Program-made: the position numbers and the translations under genes | Notes under the pieces: generated by a model | Told to the model about the DNA's origin: nothing | The model's input: the letters and a program-made list of their open reading frames with translations, nothing else | The model's database searches: none | Assembly: GCA_963786955.1 (NCBI GenBank) | Contig: CAWBAT010000005.1 | Span: forward strand, 1,695,375-1,759,374 | DNA: 64,000 bases | Direction of reading: 5' to 3' | Source: an uncultured Acidimicrobiia bacterium | GTDB taxonomy: Bacteria > Acidobacteriota > Terriglobia > Versatilivoradales > Versatilivoraceae | In this document: piece by piece, positions 61,376 through 64,000 of the stretch | How positions within the stretch are numbered: position 1 is the first letter of the stretch | Layout: each line of letters opens with the position of its first letter

Positions 61376-64000
61376 TTAGAACTCGATTCGCACACTGGCG
61401 GCGCCGTAAGGCGCAATAGCAAGCTCTTCAGATAATGGATCGCCTGGATACTCGTCGGCGAGGCAGTGGCGAACGGATGTGGGCTGGCCCGCGGGCCAAC
61501 TTAATCTGACCTTTTCAGGCTGCTCGGAATTCGAGCGCAGACGCAAAATGACAGCCTTGCCGTCCTCACTCTGCTTGAATGCGGAGACTGTGATACGCGC
61601 ATTGTCCACGGCAACAAGCGGCTTCTCCACCGGATTGCTGACCGCAGGGACCACAACGAGCGGACGGTTCTGCTCCAGACCAAAACGGCTGGCAGTCCCT
61701 GGATCGTAAGGACCATGCGGCAGAATCTGGTAGCGGAAAGTGATGAGTCCCCCCTGCTCCAGTGGAAAGTTGGTGTGCCAGTGGTTGTTAAGGGCCCAGG
61801 AGAAAAGCGTCTGGGTGTCGGGCAGTGATTTCAACCAGTTCTTGCCCGGTCCGATAATATTGGCGGTAAGGTCGCCAAACTCAATGAGCGGTGCCTCGAT
61901 GGAGGTCCAAGTGACGCCGTAATTGTCGTTGGACATATCCACCCAGCGCTGGAATGCAAGCCAGTTGCGGTTGCCGCCGGGAAGCTGGTCGAACTCGGGA
62001 ATCATGATACCCCAGGGAATGTCCATCCGGGTGGTACCGCCAGGAACATTGAAGGCGAATCCAAAGTGGATACCTTCCTTTTCCCGCGTAGCAAGTTTAT
62101 CAAGAGTGTTCACCAGTTCAATCCACGGCTGTCCGCGGAGAAGGCGGACTTCGCGAACAAGGCTGTTGCAGCCGGCCGCTTGGGCTCGGCTAGACAGCGA
62201 GGCGACCAGCGGGCCATTCTCCTTGACCTTGATGACGACTCCAGTCGGGCCAGAGGCCTTAGAGCGGTCGCTGCCAGGCAAATAGCGATAGGAGTTCACG
62301 GCAAACGGCGACCGGGTATCCACGAGCTCCTGCCCACTGCGGAGGTCGACCAGGCCGACCACGTCACCGGTCTTGGGATCGGAGTGTCACGCGCACCAAG
62401 CCATTCTCGAGTGTGCCACCCCCGGCCTTGCATTCACTGCTGGCTTCGCCTTGCTGTTTCCCGGCGGCAACGCGATAAAGGCGTGAGCCGAATGCCGGAA
62501 CCTCCGAGGCCAGGAAGGCGAGTTCGCCGGTCGCCAACCGCTGCGCCGGAACCTCTTTACCCTGATCATCGAGGACATGGTTGCCAGCCTGACTCTGTTC
62601 CGCCGGCAGTGTGACGAGTCCGCCGCGGCTCCAGGAAAGGGTGTTGAGCAGAGCCATGGCGCCGCTGCCCGGCTTGACAATGGGCTTGACGGCAGCTGCG
62701 AAAAGTTCCCGGCTGCTCTTGTCGGCATCTTGAAGTACGAGGCCTTGGTCGCCTCGATCTGTTTGGCGATGGGCGCGGCAGGGTCGTGGTAGCCCCAGGT
62801 ATGTTCAGCGCCAAGCAGCACATTGCGCCAGGAATCGTTGAACGCCTGAACCGGGGCAGCCCTTCTGGTATTGAGCATGGCCCAAAGTGTTTCCGCTTCC
62901 ACGAGGCGCTCCTTGGCGTGGCGGTTCAAGCCGACCCGCCGGGCATCAGTGCCCAAGCCGTCGGTCCAGTACTCGGTGTAGTCTCCTCTGACTTCGGGGA
63001 TGATGGCACTGTAGCGCTTCTCAAAGCCAGTCATGATCTCGTGGGCCCCGGCAATAAGAAGCTTCGGAAAAGCGTACTTCTCGTTCCACAGTCTGACGGC
63101 CTCAGGAAGATCGGCATCAATCAAACAGTTGTCAGCCATGGACCAGGTCATGACAAAGATGTCGTAGGGGCTATTGGCGCGTTCAAGTTTCGCCGTCTCG
63201 TCAAAAATGAACGGATCAATGAAATGGGACAGCGGATCAGAAGTGCTCAGCCGGTCCAATTCCGGCGTGTAGCTCTGCACCTTTTTGATGCCGAGCCATG
63301 ACCCTTTAAGCACATAGCCAAAGCCTATAGGGGCACCCCTGCAGAAAGAAGATGCGGTTTTTTCCATCAGGCGCAATCCAGTAAAAAGGCTTGTGTTCCC
63401 AGGCTTCGCGGATAGTGCCAATACGGTCAAAATGGTTGGCAAAGCTGAAGAAACCTCGAACACGATTCTGGACCGCGGCCTGGACGATTCCCCAACTCGC
63501 GCCGGGAATGTCGAACTGCGTCATGGTGTCTAGCGGCGCACCAGTCAGCCGGCGGAGTGCGTGAGTCTGATGGAAGAGCCTGAGCAATTCCTCGTCAGAG
63601 CCAGCGCTCGTGTTGACATTACCGTAAGTGCCATCGAGGCAGATCCAGCCTTTCTTCACCGCTTCAACGAATGCGGCCTTCTTCTCTGGTGTGGCCTGCC
63701 GCAGGTATCCGTCCACGGGCCATCCCACCTGAGGATTCCAGACGAAACGGGCCCCCTCAGGATAGCCAGCCGTCTTGCGGGCAATATCAATACCCACGTC
63801 GATGTTACGCATGTGAATTTTCTCAACGATCTCCTGAGTGTTGGTGTAACCGATGTCAACGTGAGAGTGCGGATAGATATAAACAGTCCATTGGCGCTGC
63901 GGGGGAGCCAACAAAGAACGTCGGAGAATGTTTGTCCCAGCACGCAGCGTAACCCGGGCTTGGCACAGCTTATTGACGCCAGCTTCTGGCGGCAGCAGCA
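61376..64000 (-). CDS. GH38-like alpha-mannosidase family protein (5' end outside window; frameshifted)
   Basis: HSHVDIGYT, DIPG, PFYWIAPDG, YWTDG, EHTWG, SWALNNHWHTNF. Confidence 0.85.

Noticed and set aside
1-64000. Widespread frameshifts (Gfo/Idh/MocA, GH51, ADH, TonB, kinase, tannase, E2, E1beta, GH38) as programmed frameshifting or mass pseudogenisation
   Set aside because: They are single-base shifts scattered in unrelated genes, often at short homopolymers and sometimes compensating, with motifs intact and few in-frame stops. This fits long-read indel errors best; read data are needed to confirm.
1-64000. CRISPR array, rRNA or tRNA genes
   Set aside because: I saw no regularly spaced direct repeats or RNA gene signatures by eye; covariance-model searches were not run

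Overview
This is a GC-rich bacterial window. Its gene content resembles Acidobacteriota (inference from the carboxypeptidase-type TonB receptor, Ser/Thr kinase with PD40 propeller and many Tat-exported glycosidases). Many genes are split by 1-nt frameshifts, most likely long-read indels. Main content: glycoside hydrolases (GH51, GH127-like, GH32, two GH42, two GH38-like); a translationally coupled redox operon (PQQ-like propeller, NHL propeller, Tat-like ferredoxin, NapH-like membrane Fe-S protein, membrane-anchored NuoE-like, NuoF-like and GltD-like flavoproteins); a SWIM-SNF2 helicase; higBA; a stand-alone lipoprotein RNase A-like (CdiA-CT type) toxin with a CdiI-like immunity gene; a Ser/Thr kinase and FHA-GAF-sigma54 activator facing a sigma54 promoter upstream of two duplicated secreted proteins and a tannase; pqqABCDE including a pqqA absent from the ORF track; a SIS + 2-oxoacid dehydrogenase-like operon; a Fic gene; several IS remnants or MITEs; and REP-like repeats. 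The best candidates for an undescribed system are the membrane-anchored Bfu/Nfn-like redox operon and the lipoprotein RNase toxin-immunity pair.
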